DNA from: Bacteroidota bacterium
GTDB taxonomy: Bacteria; Bacteroidota; Bacteroidia; JABDFU01
DNA: 64,000 nucleotides
Assembly (NCBI GenBank): GCA_013286655.1
Contig: JABDFG010000008.1
Location: 413-64,412, forward strand
Reading direction: 5' to 3'
A program made the position numbers and the translations under genes. This document shows, one piece after another, positions 36,605 through 47,665 of this stretch. Positions within the stretch are counted from its first letter, which is position 1; every line of letters starts with the position of its first letter. The notes under the pieces are model-generated. The model saw only the letters and a program-made list of their open reading frames with translations, did not search any database and was not told the DNA's origin.

Positions 36605-37876
36605 ATGAATATTTTGTTGATCGGTTCGGGAGGAAGAGAAAGCGCATTTGCATGGAAAATAGCGCAAAGCCCAAGGCTTAAAAATTTATACATCGCACCG
36701 GGCAATGCCGGCACAAAGTCATATGGTATGAATGTGGCTATTTCCGAAACTGATTTCGAAGCGATCAAAAATTTTGTATTGGAAAAAAAGATCGACCTCG
36801 TACTGATAGGACCGGAAGCTCCATTGGTGAAAGGCATACACGATTATTTTTTAGCGGATGAAAAATTGAAGACGATTCCTGTAATCGGCCCGAAAAAGGA
36901 TGGCGCACAATTGGAAGGAAGTAAAGATTTTTCCAAGCAATTTATGCAGCGGCATCAGATCCCAACAGCACGTTATCAGACTTTTACGAAAGAAACCCTG
37001 GAAAAAGGGTTTGATTTTCTGGAATCTTTAAAACCTCCTTACGTATTAAAAGCGGATGGATTGGCCGCGGGAAAAGGTGTTGTTATTTTAACTTCCCTTG
37101 CTGAAGCCAAAACGGAACTGAACGAAATGCTTGCCAATGCCAAATTTGGTAATGCCTCTGCTAAAGTTGTGATAGAGGAATTTTTGAGTGGACAGGAATT
37201 ATCGGTTTTTGTTTTAACGGATGGCACTTCTTACAAACTACTCCCTGCCGCCAAAGATTACAAACGAATAGGCGAGGGAGACACCGGTCCGAATACCGGT
37301 GGAATGGGGGCAATCTCCCCCGTACCTTTTGCCGATGTTGAATTTTTGAAAAAGGTGGAAGAACGTATTATTGGCCCCACGTTGAAGGGATTAAAACAAG
37401 AAGGCATTCTTTACAAAGGATTTATTTTTATAGGATTGATGAATGTGGGTGGAGAGCCCTATGTGATTGAATACAATTGCCGGATGGGCGATCCTGAAAC
37501 GGAAGTAGTATTGCCCAGGATAAAATCGGATATTCTTGAACTTCTGGAAGGGGTGGGAAAGGGCAATTTATCCAGTAAACATTTTGAAACAGATGAACGT
37601 ATCGTGATGACGGTCATGCTGGTTTCAGGCGGATACCCGGGAGATTATGAAAAAGGCAAGATTATAAAAGGGCTGGATAAAGTGGAAGGAAGTATCGTAT
37701 TTCAAGCGGGTACTAAAGAAGAAGGAGCTCAGATCGTTACGAATGGAGGCCGGATAATGGCCATTAGTTCCTATGGAGCGACACTGGAAGAAGTCCGGAA
37801 AAAATGCTTAAAAAATGCAGAAGTGATTACCTATGATGAAAAGTTCTACCGAAAAGATATCGGGCTGGATCTATAA
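36605..37876 (+). CDS. purD: phosphoribosylamine--glycine ligase
   Basis: MNILLIGSGGRESA, ATP-grasp motifs, and the C-terminal GGRIMAISS motif. Confidence 0.95.
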   Translation: MNILLIGSGGRESAFAWKIAQSPRLKNLYIAPGNAGTKSYGMNVAISETDFEAIKNFVLEKKIDLVLIGPEAPLVKGIHDYFLADEKLKTIPVIGPKKDGAQLEGSKDFSKQFMQRHQIPTARYQTFTKETLEKGFDFLESLKPPYVLKADGLAAGKGVVILTSLAEAKTELNEMLANAKFGNASAKVVIEEFLSGQELSVFVLTDGTSYKLLPAAKDYKRIGEGDTGPNTGGMGAISPVPFADVEFLKKVEERIIGPTLKGLKQEGILYKGFIFIGLMNVGGEPYVIEYNCRMGDPETEVVLPRIKSDILELLEGVGKGNLSSKHFETDERIVMTVMLVSGGYPGDYEKGKIIKGLDKVEGSIVFQAGTKEEGAQIVTNGGRIMAISSYGATLEEVRKKCLKNAEVITYDEKFYRKDIGLDL

Positions 37877-37884
37877 TCAGCTAA

Positions 37885-38064
37885 TTACTCGATCGTCCCA
37901 TTTTTATGGGCTTCTTTTGTGTATTTGCTTTGCACCCCCAGCCAGATGAATAAGGCAATGAAGCCAACAATGATCATAAAAAAATTATACTTGTTACCTA
38001 TTTTTGGCATGATGTGAAAAAAACGGGTACATAAATGTCCGAAACGAATAATATAGTCTGTCAT
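37885..38064 (-). CDS. small membrane protein, 59 aa (below ORF-track cutoff)
   Basis: Manual translation: MTDYIIRFGHLCTRFFHIMPKIGNKYNFFMIIVGFIALFIWLGVQSKYTKEAHKNGTIE. One clear TM segment. Confidence 0.4.
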   Translation of the reverse strand: MTDYIIRFGHLCTRFFHIMPKIGNKYNFFMIIVGFIALFIWLGVQSKYTKEAHKNGTIE

Positions 38065-38141
38065 TGTCAGTAAGTATTAATATACGATAGTACAAAAGTA
38101 AAAATTTAAAGATAAAAATTAAAATAAAAATACTTACCTGA

Positions 38142-39116
38142 ATGCTTGTACGCTTTTTAAGATCCCATCAACCCATTTTACTGATTGTTATTCCTGTTTT
38201 AGCTGCTATACTTTGGTTGCCTGCTTTTTTGCATCCGATTGTACCCATCATCAAACATCAAATGCCTCTATTTGAACTTTTAGCAAGACCCTTCATCGTT
38301 TATCCCCGTTTGACAGGTCTGATCGCATTTATCTTTCTTCTTTTACAGGCCTTTCTGTTCAATTATATTCTGGCTAAATATGAATTACTTGGTAAGCCTA
38401 CCTACCTCCCTGCTTTGCTTTATGTTGTTTTCGGCTCTCTTGCCCCTTCTTTATTACAGTTACACCCTGCATTACTTGCGAATGTTTTCATACTTCTTTC
38501 GCTGAATTGTGTTTTAGGAACCTATCGGAAAACAAATGCGCTTTCGGCCTGTTTTGAAGCGGGCTTCTTTATAGCCCTTGCTTCCTTATTCTATTTCCCT
38601 GCTGTACTTGGAATTGTTTTCATTCTGATTGCCGTTTTAGTACTCAGGCCCTTTTCGGGACGGGAGTTGACAATTGTTTTACTTGGATTTTTATTGCCCT
38701 ACCTTTATCTTTTCGTCTATTATTTTGTAGCCGACAAACTGGATTACCTGTTGGTCGATCGGATGTTATTTCCGTTTATGAGCAGGGATCTGAAGTTTGA
38801 TGTTGAAATTGCACAACCTTATTACGAACTTGTTTTTTTTACCGGAATTGCAGCCTTGCTTTCCATTGGAAGAGGCATGGAAACAAGCAGCCGTTCTGTT
38901 CAGTACCGGAGTAACATAACTGTGCTGCGTTGGTTGTTTATAATCGGATGTTTGACTTTGGTACTTTCTCCGGGTTTAAATTATAGCTACTTTTTTATGG
39001 CCCTGATTCCTTTGCTGGTACTCATAACAAGTTATTTTCTATGGGCCAGAATTGTCTGGCTTGCAGAGATCATCATGTGGATGCTGGTGTTGGTGATTGT
39101 GTTTAATAGATATTGA
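38142..39116 (+). CDS. hypothetical polytopic membrane protein
   Basis: About 9 hydrophobic segments. No catalytic motif recognised. Confidence 0.5.
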   Translation: MLVRFLRSHQPILLIVIPVLAAILWLPAFLHPIVPIIKHQMPLFELLARPFIVYPRLTGLIAFIFLLLQAFLFNYILAKYELLGKPTYLPALLYVVFGSLAPSLLQLHPALLANVFILLSLNCVLGTYRKTNALSACFEAGFFIALASLFYFPAVLGIVFILIAVLVLRPFSGRELTIVLLGFLLPYLYLFVYYFVADKLDYLLVDRMLFPFMSRDLKFDVEIAQPYYELVFFTGIAALLSIGRGMETSSRSVQYRSNITVLRWLFIIGCLTLVLSPGLNYSYFFMALIPLLVLITSYFLWARIVWLAEIIMWMLVLVIVFNRY

Positions 39117-39155
39117 GCGAATAAGTGACTAGTCACTTATTCGCTATTCACTATT
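39117..39155. repeat. heptad-repeat palindromic element, locus B
   Basis: Perfect 28-bp palindrome GCGAATAAGTGACTAGTCACTTATTCGC, immediately after the TGA stop, followed by TATTCACTATT. Confidence 0.8.
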
Positions 39156-39186
39156 TTTCTTAAATTTACCTTGACAAAAAAAATTC

Positions 39187-39882
39187 ATGAGCAAATTCGG
39201 AGTTGTTGTTTTCCCGGGGTCTAATTGCGATCAGGATATGATCTATGTATTGCGCGATTTGATGGGACAGGAAGTGGTTGAACTTTGGCACAAAGATAAA
39301 GATCTTAAAAAGTGTGATTTTATTGTATTGCCGGGAGGTTTTTCCTATGGGGATTACTTACGGTCCGGGGCCATCGCCCGTTTTGCACCTATTATGGAAA
39401 AAGTGATCGACTTTGCTGCCAAAGGAGGATATGTAATGGGCGTGTGCAACGGTTTCCAGATTTTATGCGAAGCCGGTTTGGTTCCGGGTGCTCTGCTGCT
39501 GAATACCGAACGTAAATTTATTTGCAGGAATGTATACATAAAGGCGGAACAAGCCGATACCCTTTTGACCTCCGGAATACCTGCCGGTAAAGTGCTTAAA
39601 ATACCGATTGCACATGGAGAAGGTAATTATTTTGCAGATGCGGACACCTTGAAAAAAATGGAGAAGAACGGGCAAATACTCTTCCGTTATTGCGATGAAA
39701 AGGGCAATATAACTCCTGAAGCTAACCCGAATGGCTCCCTCGCTAATATCGCAGGAGTATGCAATTCCGGTAAAAATGTATTTGGCATGATGCCTCATCC
39801 GGAACGTGCTTCGGATCCGGTACTGGGAAATACAGACGGCACGTTCCTTTTCCAGTCTCTTTTGAGCACTGTATTACAGTAA
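39187..39882 (+). CDS. purQ: phosphoribosylformylglycinamidine synthase subunit PurQ
   Basis: Class I glutamine amidotransferase. GVCNGFQ nucleophile elbow and MMPHPER. Confidence 0.9.
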   Translation: MSKFGVVVFPGSNCDQDMIYVLRDLMGQEVVELWHKDKDLKKCDFIVLPGGFSYGDYLRSGAIARFAPIMEKVIDFAAKGGYVMGVCNGFQILCEAGLVPGALLLNTERKFICRNVYIKAEQADTLLTSGIPAGKVLKIPIAHGEGNYFADADTLKKMEKNGQILFRYCDEKGNITPEANPNGSLANIAGVCNSGKNVFGMMPHPERASDPVLGNTDGTFLFQSLLSTVLQ

Positions 39883-39897
39883 ATTCAGCGGGTAATT

Positions 39898-40602
39898 TTA
39901 GATCTGAGAGACGAATTTTGCAATTGCAAATGCAGCTCCGGCTGCAAGCGCTCCGATCACTGTTGTTTTAACAGCTCCTATAAAAGGATTCTGTCCTATC
40001 GCTTTGTTTTTGAAATAGCCGAACAGTATCAGGGCAAGTAGTGTTATGATTACTGAGTAATAAAGCCCCTTTGCCGGTGTGCCTGAAAAAAAATAAGGTA
40101 ACAGCGGTATAAATCCTCCCAGGATATAGGCCAAAGCAATGGTGATCGCGGAATTGCTGGCGCTATTCATATTGGGTTCTTCCAGGCAAAGCTCAAACTT
40201 CATCATGAATTTTACCCACTTGTCTTTATCCACGGCCAGCTCATCCACAAAGTCTTTTTTCACCTGATCGCTGATTCCATATTGGGCTAGTATTTCTTCG
40301 ATTTCCTGTTTCTCTTTTTCCGGAACAACCTCTACTTCCTGGTATTCTCGTTTCTGTTCTGCAAAATAATGCTCGTAGGCCGTTTTGCCGGCCAGGTATC
40401 CTCCAAGTCCCATTGCTATGGATCCTGCAATGATTTCTGCAATGCCTGCAGTTACGACGATGGTCGTACTGGTTACAGCCCCGCTTAGACCTGCCGTGAG
40501 AGCAAAAGGGACCGTTAATCCGTCCGACATACCAATGACGATATCCCGTACTGTTTCAGAACCCGTAAAATGTGTTTCCTGATGTTCCATTGTTGGATTC
40601 AA
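39898..40602 (-). CDS. VIT1/CCC1-family iron/manganese transporter
   Basis: VRDIVIGMSDGLTVPFALTAGLSGA motif, a central acidic metal-binding loop, and C-terminal TM bundles. Confidence 0.8.
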   Translation of the reverse strand: MNPTMEHQETHFTGSETVRDIVIGMSDGLTVPFALTAGLSGAVTSTTIVVTAGIAEIIAGSIAMGLGGYLAGKTAYEHYFAEQKREYQEVEVVPEKEKQEIEEILAQYGISDQVKKDFVDELAVDKDKWVKFMMKFELCLEEPNMNSASNSAITIALAYILGGFIPLLPYFFSGTPAKGLYYSVIITLLALILFGYFKNKAIGQNPFIGAVKTTVIGALAAGAAFAIAKFVSQI

Positions 40603-40630
40603 AAATACGAAATTATAAAGGCATTAGTTG

Positions 40631-40647
40631 TTTAGAATGATTCTAAA
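40631..40647. promoter_or_regulatory. 8-1-8 perfect inverted repeat TTTAGAAT-G-ATTCTAAA, Fur-box-like
   Basis: Lies in the divergent region between the VIT1 gene (start 40602) and the TonB-dependent receptor gene (start 40742). The AAT-n-ATT core is as in 7-1-7 Fur sites. Confidence 0.35.
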
Positions 40648-40741
40648 TACCAGATTTAAGGTATTGCGTCTTCTTACTTTCCCTCGGTTCTTTGCATCCG
40701 AATAAATAATTGCAGACAAACATTAAAAGCAGAAAAATAGT

Positions 40742-42970
40742 ATGGACTCATTAAGGAAAGTTGTTTTCAGCAGTATGCTGTTTTTGCAAGCTGGGTCTTT
40801 TTTAGCCCAAACGCAAACGGATAAACAAAAAGAGCCGGGCAAGGATAGTACAATCAATGGGTTTGCGCCTGGAAAAGTAGTATTGCGGGAAGTGGAAGTG
40901 AAGGGGGTATTATCCATCAGCGGAATGGGGCACCTGGAGGAGGTACATGATGGTATTATTTATTCCGGTAAGAAAAATGAAGTAATTACCCTGGATAGCC
41001 TGGATGCCAATACCGCTCAAAATAATCCCCGGCAGGTTTTGGGAAGAATTCCCGGCGCTAATTTCTCAGAAACAGAGGGTGGAGGATTTCCTTCCAATGG
41101 AATTGCCTTCAGAGGATTGAATCCAACACAATCGGTGGAATTGGATACCCGTGAAGACGGGTACAATATTGCCGGAGATATTTATGGTTATCCGGAATCC
41201 TATTACCTGCCTCCCCTCGCAGCCATTGAACGCATAGAGGTTATCCGGGGAGCATCTTCGTTGCAGTTCGGCCCTCAGTTCGGAGGGGTCATCAATTATA
41301 TTGTGAAAGACGCACCTGCAACTAAACCTTTTGAATATACCACAGAGCAAACAGGAGGAAGTTATGGACTGTTCAATTCGTTTAACGGATTCGCCGGCAC
41401 GATTAAGAGATGGAGCTATTATACCTTTCTGCAGTACGAAGGAACAGAAGGGTGGAGACCAAATTCCCAGGTACAACAGGCGATTGGTTTCGGAAGGATT
41501 GAATACAAAGCCAGCAATAAATTCAAGATAGGTATGGAATATTCTTTGTTGCGGAATGTTATTCACATGCCAGGAGGATTGGATGACACTGAATTTAACC
41601 AAAATGCGAATCAGAGTTTCCGCGCCCGGAACTGGTTAACGACTCCCTGGAATGTAATTGCACTTACGTCGGAATACAAGCCTTCGGATAAGCTGTTGTT
41701 CACCTTTAAATCGGCGTTCAATTTGAGTCAGCGTAATATCGTCTGGAGAAATGAAGATGGAGGACCAGAGGCACTAGACACCATTAGTCGTGCAACCGGA
41801 GCCTATGCGCCAAGAGAAGTAGAACATGAAGGATTCAGAAGTTCAACCAGCGAGCTTCGTATGCTCGCTACTTATACGATCAAAGGAGTTAACCAATCGC
41901 TGGCGGCAGGAGTACGTATTTTTGACGGATTTATGAACCGGGAAGAAGGGGGACCTGGTTCAACAGGAATTGATTTCGATCTTAACTTATATGGAGGCAC
42001 GTATTCCAATAATTTAAATTTTCTCACATTTAACGTAGCCCCTTTTGTGGAAAACACGTTTCATATCGGAGAACGTCTTTCGATTACGCCTGGATTCAGA
42101 TTTGAATACATTCAATCGTCCGCCACCGGCTATGTGACTACTGACAACGATTCAGTTATTCATGTAAACGAAACAAAATCGAGGTATATTCCGCTGGCAG
42201 GTTTGGGAATACAGTTCAAGACGAGCAGTACGACAAATATTTACGTCAATATTTCTCAGGCTTACCGGCCTATTGAATATTCTTTTCTGTATCCGCTTGG
42301 TCTGGACATAGACGCAAAAATAGATCCCAACCTGAAAGACATCAGCGGGTATAATGCGGATTTCGGATGGAGGGGCAGTATTAAGAATTACCTGAATTTT
42401 GATATAGGCGGGTTTTACATGGTCAGGAATAATGATATCGCCATAGAAACGCTGAAGGATTCCAGTACCTATGAAACCAATGTGGCAAGTGCGGTTTATA
42501 TGGGCGCGGAAACATATGTGGAACTCAATATTACAAAGCTATTTACGAATCAGTCGAAAATGGGAACGCTAAGTGTTTTTAATTCGTTTGCGTATGACAA
42601 TGCCAGGTATGTAAGTGGTTTGTACAAAGGTAATCAGGCAGAATTTGCGCCGGCAACCATCGAGCGGGTTGGGGTAACCTATGCGGTTAAAAAATTCTCT
42701 ACTACTTTTCTGATCAGCAGCACCGCAAAATCTTTTTCAGATGCCAATAATACAGTCTACAGTCCGGATGCTGAAGTGGGCCTGATCCCTGCCTACCAGG
42801 TGATGGATTGGTCTGCCAGCCTGAAAATCAAGAACTACAAAATTAAATTGGGATTAAATAATATCGCGAACGCAAGCTATTTCACCATTCGTACAAATGA
42901 GTATCCTGGTCCTGGAATTATTCCATCCATGGGCAGAAGCTTTTATGTTGGCTTCGGAGCTACGTTTTAG
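40742..42970 (+). CDS. TonB-dependent receptor
   Basis: Signal peptide, a plug domain (IERIEVIRGASSLQFG), a 22-strand barrel pattern, and a terminal ..VGFGATF. Confidence 0.85.
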   Translation: MDSLRKVVFSSMLFLQAGSFLAQTQTDKQKEPGKDSTINGFAPGKVVLREVEVKGVLSISGMGHLEEVHDGIIYSGKKNEVITLDSLDANTAQNNPRQVLGRIPGANFSETEGGGFPSNGIAFRGLNPTQSVELDTREDGYNIAGDIYGYPESYYLPPLAAIERIEVIRGASSLQFGPQFGGVINYIVKDAPATKPFEYTTEQTGGSYGLFNSFNGFAGTIKRWSYYTFLQYEGTEGWRPNSQVQQAIGFGRIEYKASNKFKIGMEYSLLRNVIHMPGGLDDTEFNQNANQSFRARNWLTTPWNVIALTSEYKPSDKLLFTFKSAFNLSQRNIVWRNEDGGPEALDTISRATGAYAPREVEHEGFRSSTSELRMLATYTIKGVNQSLAAGVRIFDGFMNREEGGPGSTGIDFDLNLYGGTYSNNLNFLTFNVAPFVENTFHIGERLSITPGFRFEYIQSSATGYVTTDNDSVIHVNETKSRYIPLAGLGIQFKTSSTTNIYVNISQAYRPIEYSFLYPLGLDIDAKIDPNLKDISGYNADFGWRGSIKNYLNFDIGGFYMVRNNDIAIETLKDSSTYETNVASAVYMGAETYVELNITKLFTNQSKMGTLSVFNSFAYDNARYVSGLYKGNQAEFAPATIERVGVTYAVKKFSTTFLISSTAKSFSDANNTVYSPDAEVGLIPAYQVMDWSASLKIKNYKIKLGLNNIANASYFTIRTNEYPGPGIIPSMGRSFYVGFGATF

Positions 42971-43009
42971 TTTGTTTTGTTGTATTTTCATATTCTATAA
43001 TCCGATGGT

Positions 43010-44389
43010 ATGAAAAGAAAATACACCAATCAGTTTGTTAAGGAGTTATTGGAATCAGGAGATCAGAAGGAGCTAAAAAAAGCGCTTCACAGCTGGCACT
43101 CCCCTGAAATTGCTGCATTAGTTGAAACCCTGCCGGATCATCAAAAGACCATTGTATTCGGAGTATTATCGAGTGCATTGGCGATAGATACCTTTAAGGT
43201 ATTAGATCATCAAACCCAAAAGATACTTATTAAAGATCTGGCGTTTGAGCAAGCTGCAAAAATTTTAAATGAGATCCAGCCCGACGACCGTACCGAATTT
43301 CTTTCAGAACTTCCCAGTAATACCGTTAAGGAGCTTCTGAAATTACTTTCTGAGGAAGAACGCAAAGTTACCTTATCCTTGCTGGGATATCCGGAACATA
43401 GCGTAGGGCGTTTAATGACGCCCGATTATATTGCGGTGAAAGAAGACTGGACAGTGAAGCATGTACTGGATCATGTCAGAATGTTTGGACATGACAAGGA
43501 AACCATTAACGTCATCTATGTGATTGACGAGAAGGGCGTGCTGATCGATGATATCCGGATACGGGAATTTCTTTTTGTGGCACATGAAAAAAAAGTAAGT
43601 GATTTGATGGATCATAAATTCATTTCCTTTTTTGTTACGGATCAGGAAGAAAGCGCGATTAATGTTTTCCGGAAGAATAACCGGGTGGCCCTGCCGGTAA
43701 CAGATGCAAACGGCATATTACTTGGAATAATAACCATTGATGATGTATTACGTCTGGCCGAAAAAGAAGAAACGGAAGACATGCAGAAAATCGGGGGGGT
43801 AGAAGTACTGGAAGAGCCTTATATGAATATTCCCTTTTTAAAATTAATGAAGAAGCGATCCGGCTGGCTGATCGTTTTATTTGTCGGAGAGATGTTAACG
43901 GCAACCGCTATGGGATATTTTGAGGATGAGATTGCCAAAGCAGTGGTATTGGCGCTCTTTGTTCCCCTTATTATTTCCAGCGGGGGGAATTCAGGTTCAC
44001 AGGCCTCTACGCTGATCATACGGGCGATGGCGCTGGGAGAAATAACACTGAGAGATTGGTGGAGAATCATGAAGCGGGAAATATTCTCGGGACTATTTCT
44101 TGGTTCTGTACTGGGTATAATTGGCTTTGCAAGGGTTGCGGCCTGGAGTTTATTTACGCCCATTTATGGCCCTCACTGGATGTTAGTAGCTTTTGTAGTC
44201 GCCTTTTCCCTGGTTGGAGTGGTACTATGGGGTACCTTATCCGGCTCTATGCTGCCGTTGATCCTGAAAAAAGCCGGGGCGGACCCTGCTGTTTCTTCTG
44301 CACCTTTCGTAGCGACGCTTGTGGACGTGACAGGATTGGTGATCTATTTCACGATTGCCATGACGATTATGAAGGGAGTGATGCTGTAA
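43010..44389 (+). CDS. mgtE: magnesium transporter MgtE
   Basis: N-domain, tandem CBS domains, and a TM domain with the PLIISSGGNSGSQ motif. Confidence 0.9.
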   Translation: MKRKYTNQFVKELLESGDQKELKKALHSWHSPEIAALVETLPDHQKTIVFGVLSSALAIDTFKVLDHQTQKILIKDLAFEQAAKILNEIQPDDRTEFLSELPSNTVKELLKLLSEEERKVTLSLLGYPEHSVGRLMTPDYIAVKEDWTVKHVLDHVRMFGHDKETINVIYVIDEKGVLIDDIRIREFLFVAHEKKVSDLMDHKFISFFVTDQEESAINVFRKNNRVALPVTDANGILLGIITIDDVLRLAEKEETEDMQKIGGVEVLEEPYMNIPFLKLMKKRSGWLIVLFVGEMLTATAMGYFEDEIAKAVVLALFVPLIISSGGNSGSQASTLIIRAMALGEITLRDWWRIMKREIFSGLFLGSVLGIIGFARVAAWSLFTPIYGPHWMLVAFVVAFSLVGVVLWGTLSGSMLPLILKKAGADPAVSSAPFVATLVDVTGLVIYFTIAMTIMKGVML

Positions 44390-44392
44390 ATT

Positions 44393-47041
44393 TCAAGCTC
44401 CGATCAGTTTTTTGATTTCATTTAATTTCAAAAGTGCCTCTACCGGTGTTAAGGTATTAATGTCGGTACTCAGGATGTCCTCCTTTATTTGTTCCAGGAC
44501 GGGATCGTTCAACTGGATAAAGCTTAATTGAAGATCAGTTCCTGTTTCCGGTTTAAAGTTTAAGGTCTGGGGTTTATGCGATCCTGCGGCAGGTTCCTCA
44601 TTCCTTTTTTCTAATTTACTCAGTATTTCTTTGGCCCGCGCAACTACTTTTACGGGCATTCCGGCCATTTGGGCCACGTGAATACCAAAACTGTGTTCGC
44701 TTCCTCCTGGCACCAGTTTGCGCATAAACAAAACCTTATTGCCTATTTCTTTCACCGATACGTTAAAATTTTTAACCCGCTTGAAAGAAGCAGATACATC
44801 ATTCAATTCATGGTAGTGAGTCGCAAATAATGTTTTCGCTTTAGCGGCCGGGTGTTCATGTAAAAACTCCACGATAGCCCAGGCGATGGAAATACCGTCG
44901 TAGGTGCTGGTCCCCCGGCCAATTTCATCCAGCAGGATCAAGCTCCGGTCAGAAACGTTGTTAAGGATACTTGCTGTTTCATTCATTTCCACCATGAAGG
45001 TCGATTCACCGGAGGAGATATTGTCAGATGCCCCCACCCGTGTAAATATTTTATCGACGATACCAATGTTAGCATGTTTGGCAGGGACGAAACTTCCCAT
45101 TTGTGCCATCAATACGATCAGGGCTGTTTGCCGGAGTAAAGCAGATTTACCGGACATGTTCGGTCCGGTAATGATAATAATCTGTTGTGAATCATTATCC
45201 AGGTAAACATCGTTGGCAACATACTCTTCACCAATGGTTAATTGTTTTTCGATCACCGGATGGCGTCCGTCTTTAATGTCAAGTATTTTTGTGTCGTTCA
45301 CATGCGGACGAACATAATTGTTTTTCAAGGCAAGCGTTGAAAACGTAAGCAGGCAATCAATGCTTGCCAGCAAGGAAGCATTGAGCTGAACAGGAACGAT
45401 ATAATCAGCCAGGGCATTGACCAGATCTGTAAAAAGACCAGCTTCCAGTGCGAGTATTTTTTCCTCGGCCCCCAGTATTTTTTCTTCGTATTCTTTCAGC
45501 TCTTCCGTGATGTAGCGCTCCGCATTACTCAGCGTTTGTTTACGCATCCAATCGGTAGGAACTTTGTCCTTGTGTGTATTGGTAACCTCCAGGTAATATC
45601 CAAACACATTGTTAAAGGCGATCTTCAGGGAAGGAATTCCGGTTCGTTCAGCTTCCCGAAGCTGGATTTGCAATAAATAATCCTTTCCCGAATAAGCGAT
45701 TTTCCGAAGTTCGTCCAGCCCGGCATGTACACCCTCTGCAATCACATTGCCTTTGTTTACTAAAAAAGGGGGATCGGGTTTCAGTTCTTTTTCAATTTTA
45801 TCAATTGCCGCCTGGCAGAAGTCCAGTCGTTCTCCCGTTTTTTTTAAGGAAGGGTTATCGGATTTGTCCAGTAACTCTTTTATGGGTCGAATCGCGATCA
45901 AGGCTCGTTTCAGCTGCGCCACCTCTTTAGGTGAAATGCGTGCGGTGGCAGTTTTGGAAACGATCCGTTCTAAATCTCCGATCTGTTTCAATTGTCCGGA
46001 AATCATTTCAGCTGTTTCCGGGTGATTCAAAAAATAACCTACGCATTCCAGGCGCTCCTCAATGGGAGCTTTATCTTTCAAGGGTAAAGCCATCCAGCGC
46101 TTAAGCATACGTGAACCCATTGGAGAAACGGTCTGATCGATTACATGAAGGAGGGTACGTGCATTTTCGTTATGAGAACCAAAAAGTTCAAGGTTACGGA
46201 TTGTAAATTTATCCAGCCATACATATTTTTCTTCTTCAATGCGGGAAATGTTGGTGATGTGCTGTACCTTATCGTGTTGCGTTTCGGCCAGATAATGTAA
46301 AATAGCTCCGGCAGCCGCTATTCCCATGTCAAGCGTGTCGATACCAAATCCCTTTAAAGATTTGGTATTAAAATGTTTCAGAAGCGATTCAGTTCCAAAC
46401 GCTGGACTGAAAGCCCAATCATCCAATCCGTAGGAATAAAATTTTTCGCCGAAGGTTTCAAGAAAATGCTTTTTATTATTTTTCTGGAACAGTATTTCGC
46501 CGGGGCGAAAGCTCTGCAGCAGTTTGTCAATATATTCCAGGGATCCCTGTGCCAGGAGAAATTCTCCGGTAGATACATCCAGGAAGGAGACACCTGTTAT
46601 GTTGGCGGAAGAATTGGAAGAAGTTCCCAAAGCAACGCTGGCTAAGAAATTATTTGATTTATGATCCAGTACTTTATCATTGTAGCTGACTCCGGGGGTT
46701 ACCAGTTCTGTGACACCTCGTTTAACAATGGTCTTGGTCATTTTTGGATCTTCCAATTGGTCGCAGATAGCGACCCGTTGCCCGGCCCGTACAAGCTTGG
46801 GTAAATAACTATCCAGGGAATGATAGGGAAAACCGGCGAGTTCAATAAAGGACGCGGATCCATTTGCCCGGCGTGTCAGCACAATTCCGAGTATTCCGGA
46901 AGCTTTCACGGCATCCTGTCCGAATGTTTCATAAAAATCCCCTACCCGGAACAGTAAAAGAGCATCCGGATATTTTGTTTTAATGGCATGGTACTGTTTC
47001 ATCAGCGGCGTCTCTACCGGCGCTGCCGCGCTTTTTATCAT
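44393..47041 (-). CDS. mutS: DNA mismatch repair protein MutS
   Basis: [13 protein letters not shown] mismatch-binding motif, Walker A GPNMSGKS, and [15 protein letters not shown] at 47041 is preferred. Confidence 0.95.
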   Translation of the reverse strand: MIKSAAAPVETPLMKQYHAIKTKYPDALLLFRVGDFYETFGQDAVKASGILGIVLTRRANGSASFIELAGFPYHSLDSYLPKLVRAGQRVAICDQLEDPKMTKTIVKRGVTELVTPGVSYNDKVLDHKSNNFLASVALGTSSNSSANITGVSFLDVSTGEFLLAQGSLEYIDKLLQSFRPGEILFQKNNKKHFLETFGEKFYSYGLDDWAFSPAFGTESLLKHFNTKSLKGFGIDTLDMGIAAAGAILHYLAETQHDKVQHITNISRIEEEKYVWLDKFTIRNLELFGSHNENARTLLHVIDQTVSPMGSRMLKRWMALPLKDKAPIEERLECVGYFLNHPETAEMISGQLKQIGDLERIVSKTATARISPKEVAQLKRALIAIRPIKELLDKSDNPSLKKTGERLDFCQAAIDKIEKELKPDPPFLVNKGNVIAEGVHAGLDELRKIAYSGKDYLLQIQLREAERTGIPSLKIAFNNVFGYYLEVTNTHKDKVPTDWMRKQTLSNAERYITEELKEYEEKILGAEEKILALEAGLFTDLVNALADYIVPVQLNASLLASIDCLLTFSTLALKNNYVRPHVNDTKILDIKDGRHPVIEKQLTIGEEYVANDVYLDNDSQQIIIITGPNMSGKSALLRQTALIVLMAQMGSFVPAKHANIGIVDKIFTRVGASDNISSGESTFMVEMNETASILNNVSDRSLILLDEIGRGTSTYDGISIAWAIVEFLHEHPAAKAKTLFATHYHELNDVSASFKRVKNFNVSVKEIGNKVLFMRKLVPGGSEHSFGIHVAQMAGMPVKVVARAKEILSKLEKRNEEPAAGSHKPQTLNFKPETGTDLQLSFIQLNDPVLEQIKEDILSTDINTLTPVEALLKLNEIKKLIGA

Positions 47042-47097
47042 GCTTCGGTTTTTCAATTCAAAGTAAAAATACAAATAAGTTTGAGCATCTTTGCAGT

Positions 47098-47643
47098 ATG
47101 CGTAAATTACTGAATGAAGAGCTCAGCCGGAAAACGGTGAGCGAGTTTAAGCAATCTCCAAAGACACCTTTGGTCGTTGTGCTGGACAATGTCCGAAGTT
47201 TACACAACGTAGGTTCTGTGTTCCGTACAGGAGATGCCTTTCTTATTGAATCGCTTTATTTATGTGGCATTACCGGAACTCCCCCCAATAAAGAAATTCA
47301 GAAAACGGCCCTGGGTTCGACAGACACAGTAGATTGGAAATATTTCAAAACCACGAAAGAAGCGATCGATTCCTTACTGCAAAATGGATATAAAGTATAT
47401 GCCATTGAGCAGGCTGAAAATGCGGTCACCTTGGATAAATATAGTCCTGCTGAAGGTGAAAAACTCGCCTTAGTATTTGGTCATGAAGTAAAAGGAGTCG
47501 AGCAGGAAGTGATCGACAATTGCACAGGCGTTATCGAAATTCCACAGGCGGGAACCAAGCATTCACTCAACATAGCCGTTAGTGCCGGAATAGTTATCTG
47601 GGACCTCTTTTTGAAATTGAATCCCCTATTGGCTAATCGCTAA
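47098..47643 (+). CDS. TrmH/SpoU-family RNA 2'-O-methyltransferase
   Basis: [30 protein letters not shown] and [10 protein letters not shown] motifs. Confidence 0.8.
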   Translation: MRKLLNEELSRKTVSEFKQSPKTPLVVVLDNVRSLHNVGSVFRTGDAFLIESLYLCGITGTPPNKEIQKTALGSTDTVDWKYFKTTKEAIDSLLQNGYKVYAIEQAENAVTLDKYSPAEGEKLALVFGHEVKGVEQEVIDNCTGVIEIPQAGTKHSLNIAVSAGIVIWDLFLKLNPLLANR

Positions 47644-47664
47644 TCGCTATTGGCTCGCTTCGCT
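47623..47664. repeat. heptad-repeat element, locus C (inverted-orientation units)
   Basis: CCCCTAT TGGCTAA TCGCTAA TCGCTAT TGGCTCG. It overlaps the last codons and the TAA stop of the methyltransferase gene. Confidence 0.75.
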
Positions 47665-47665
47665 C

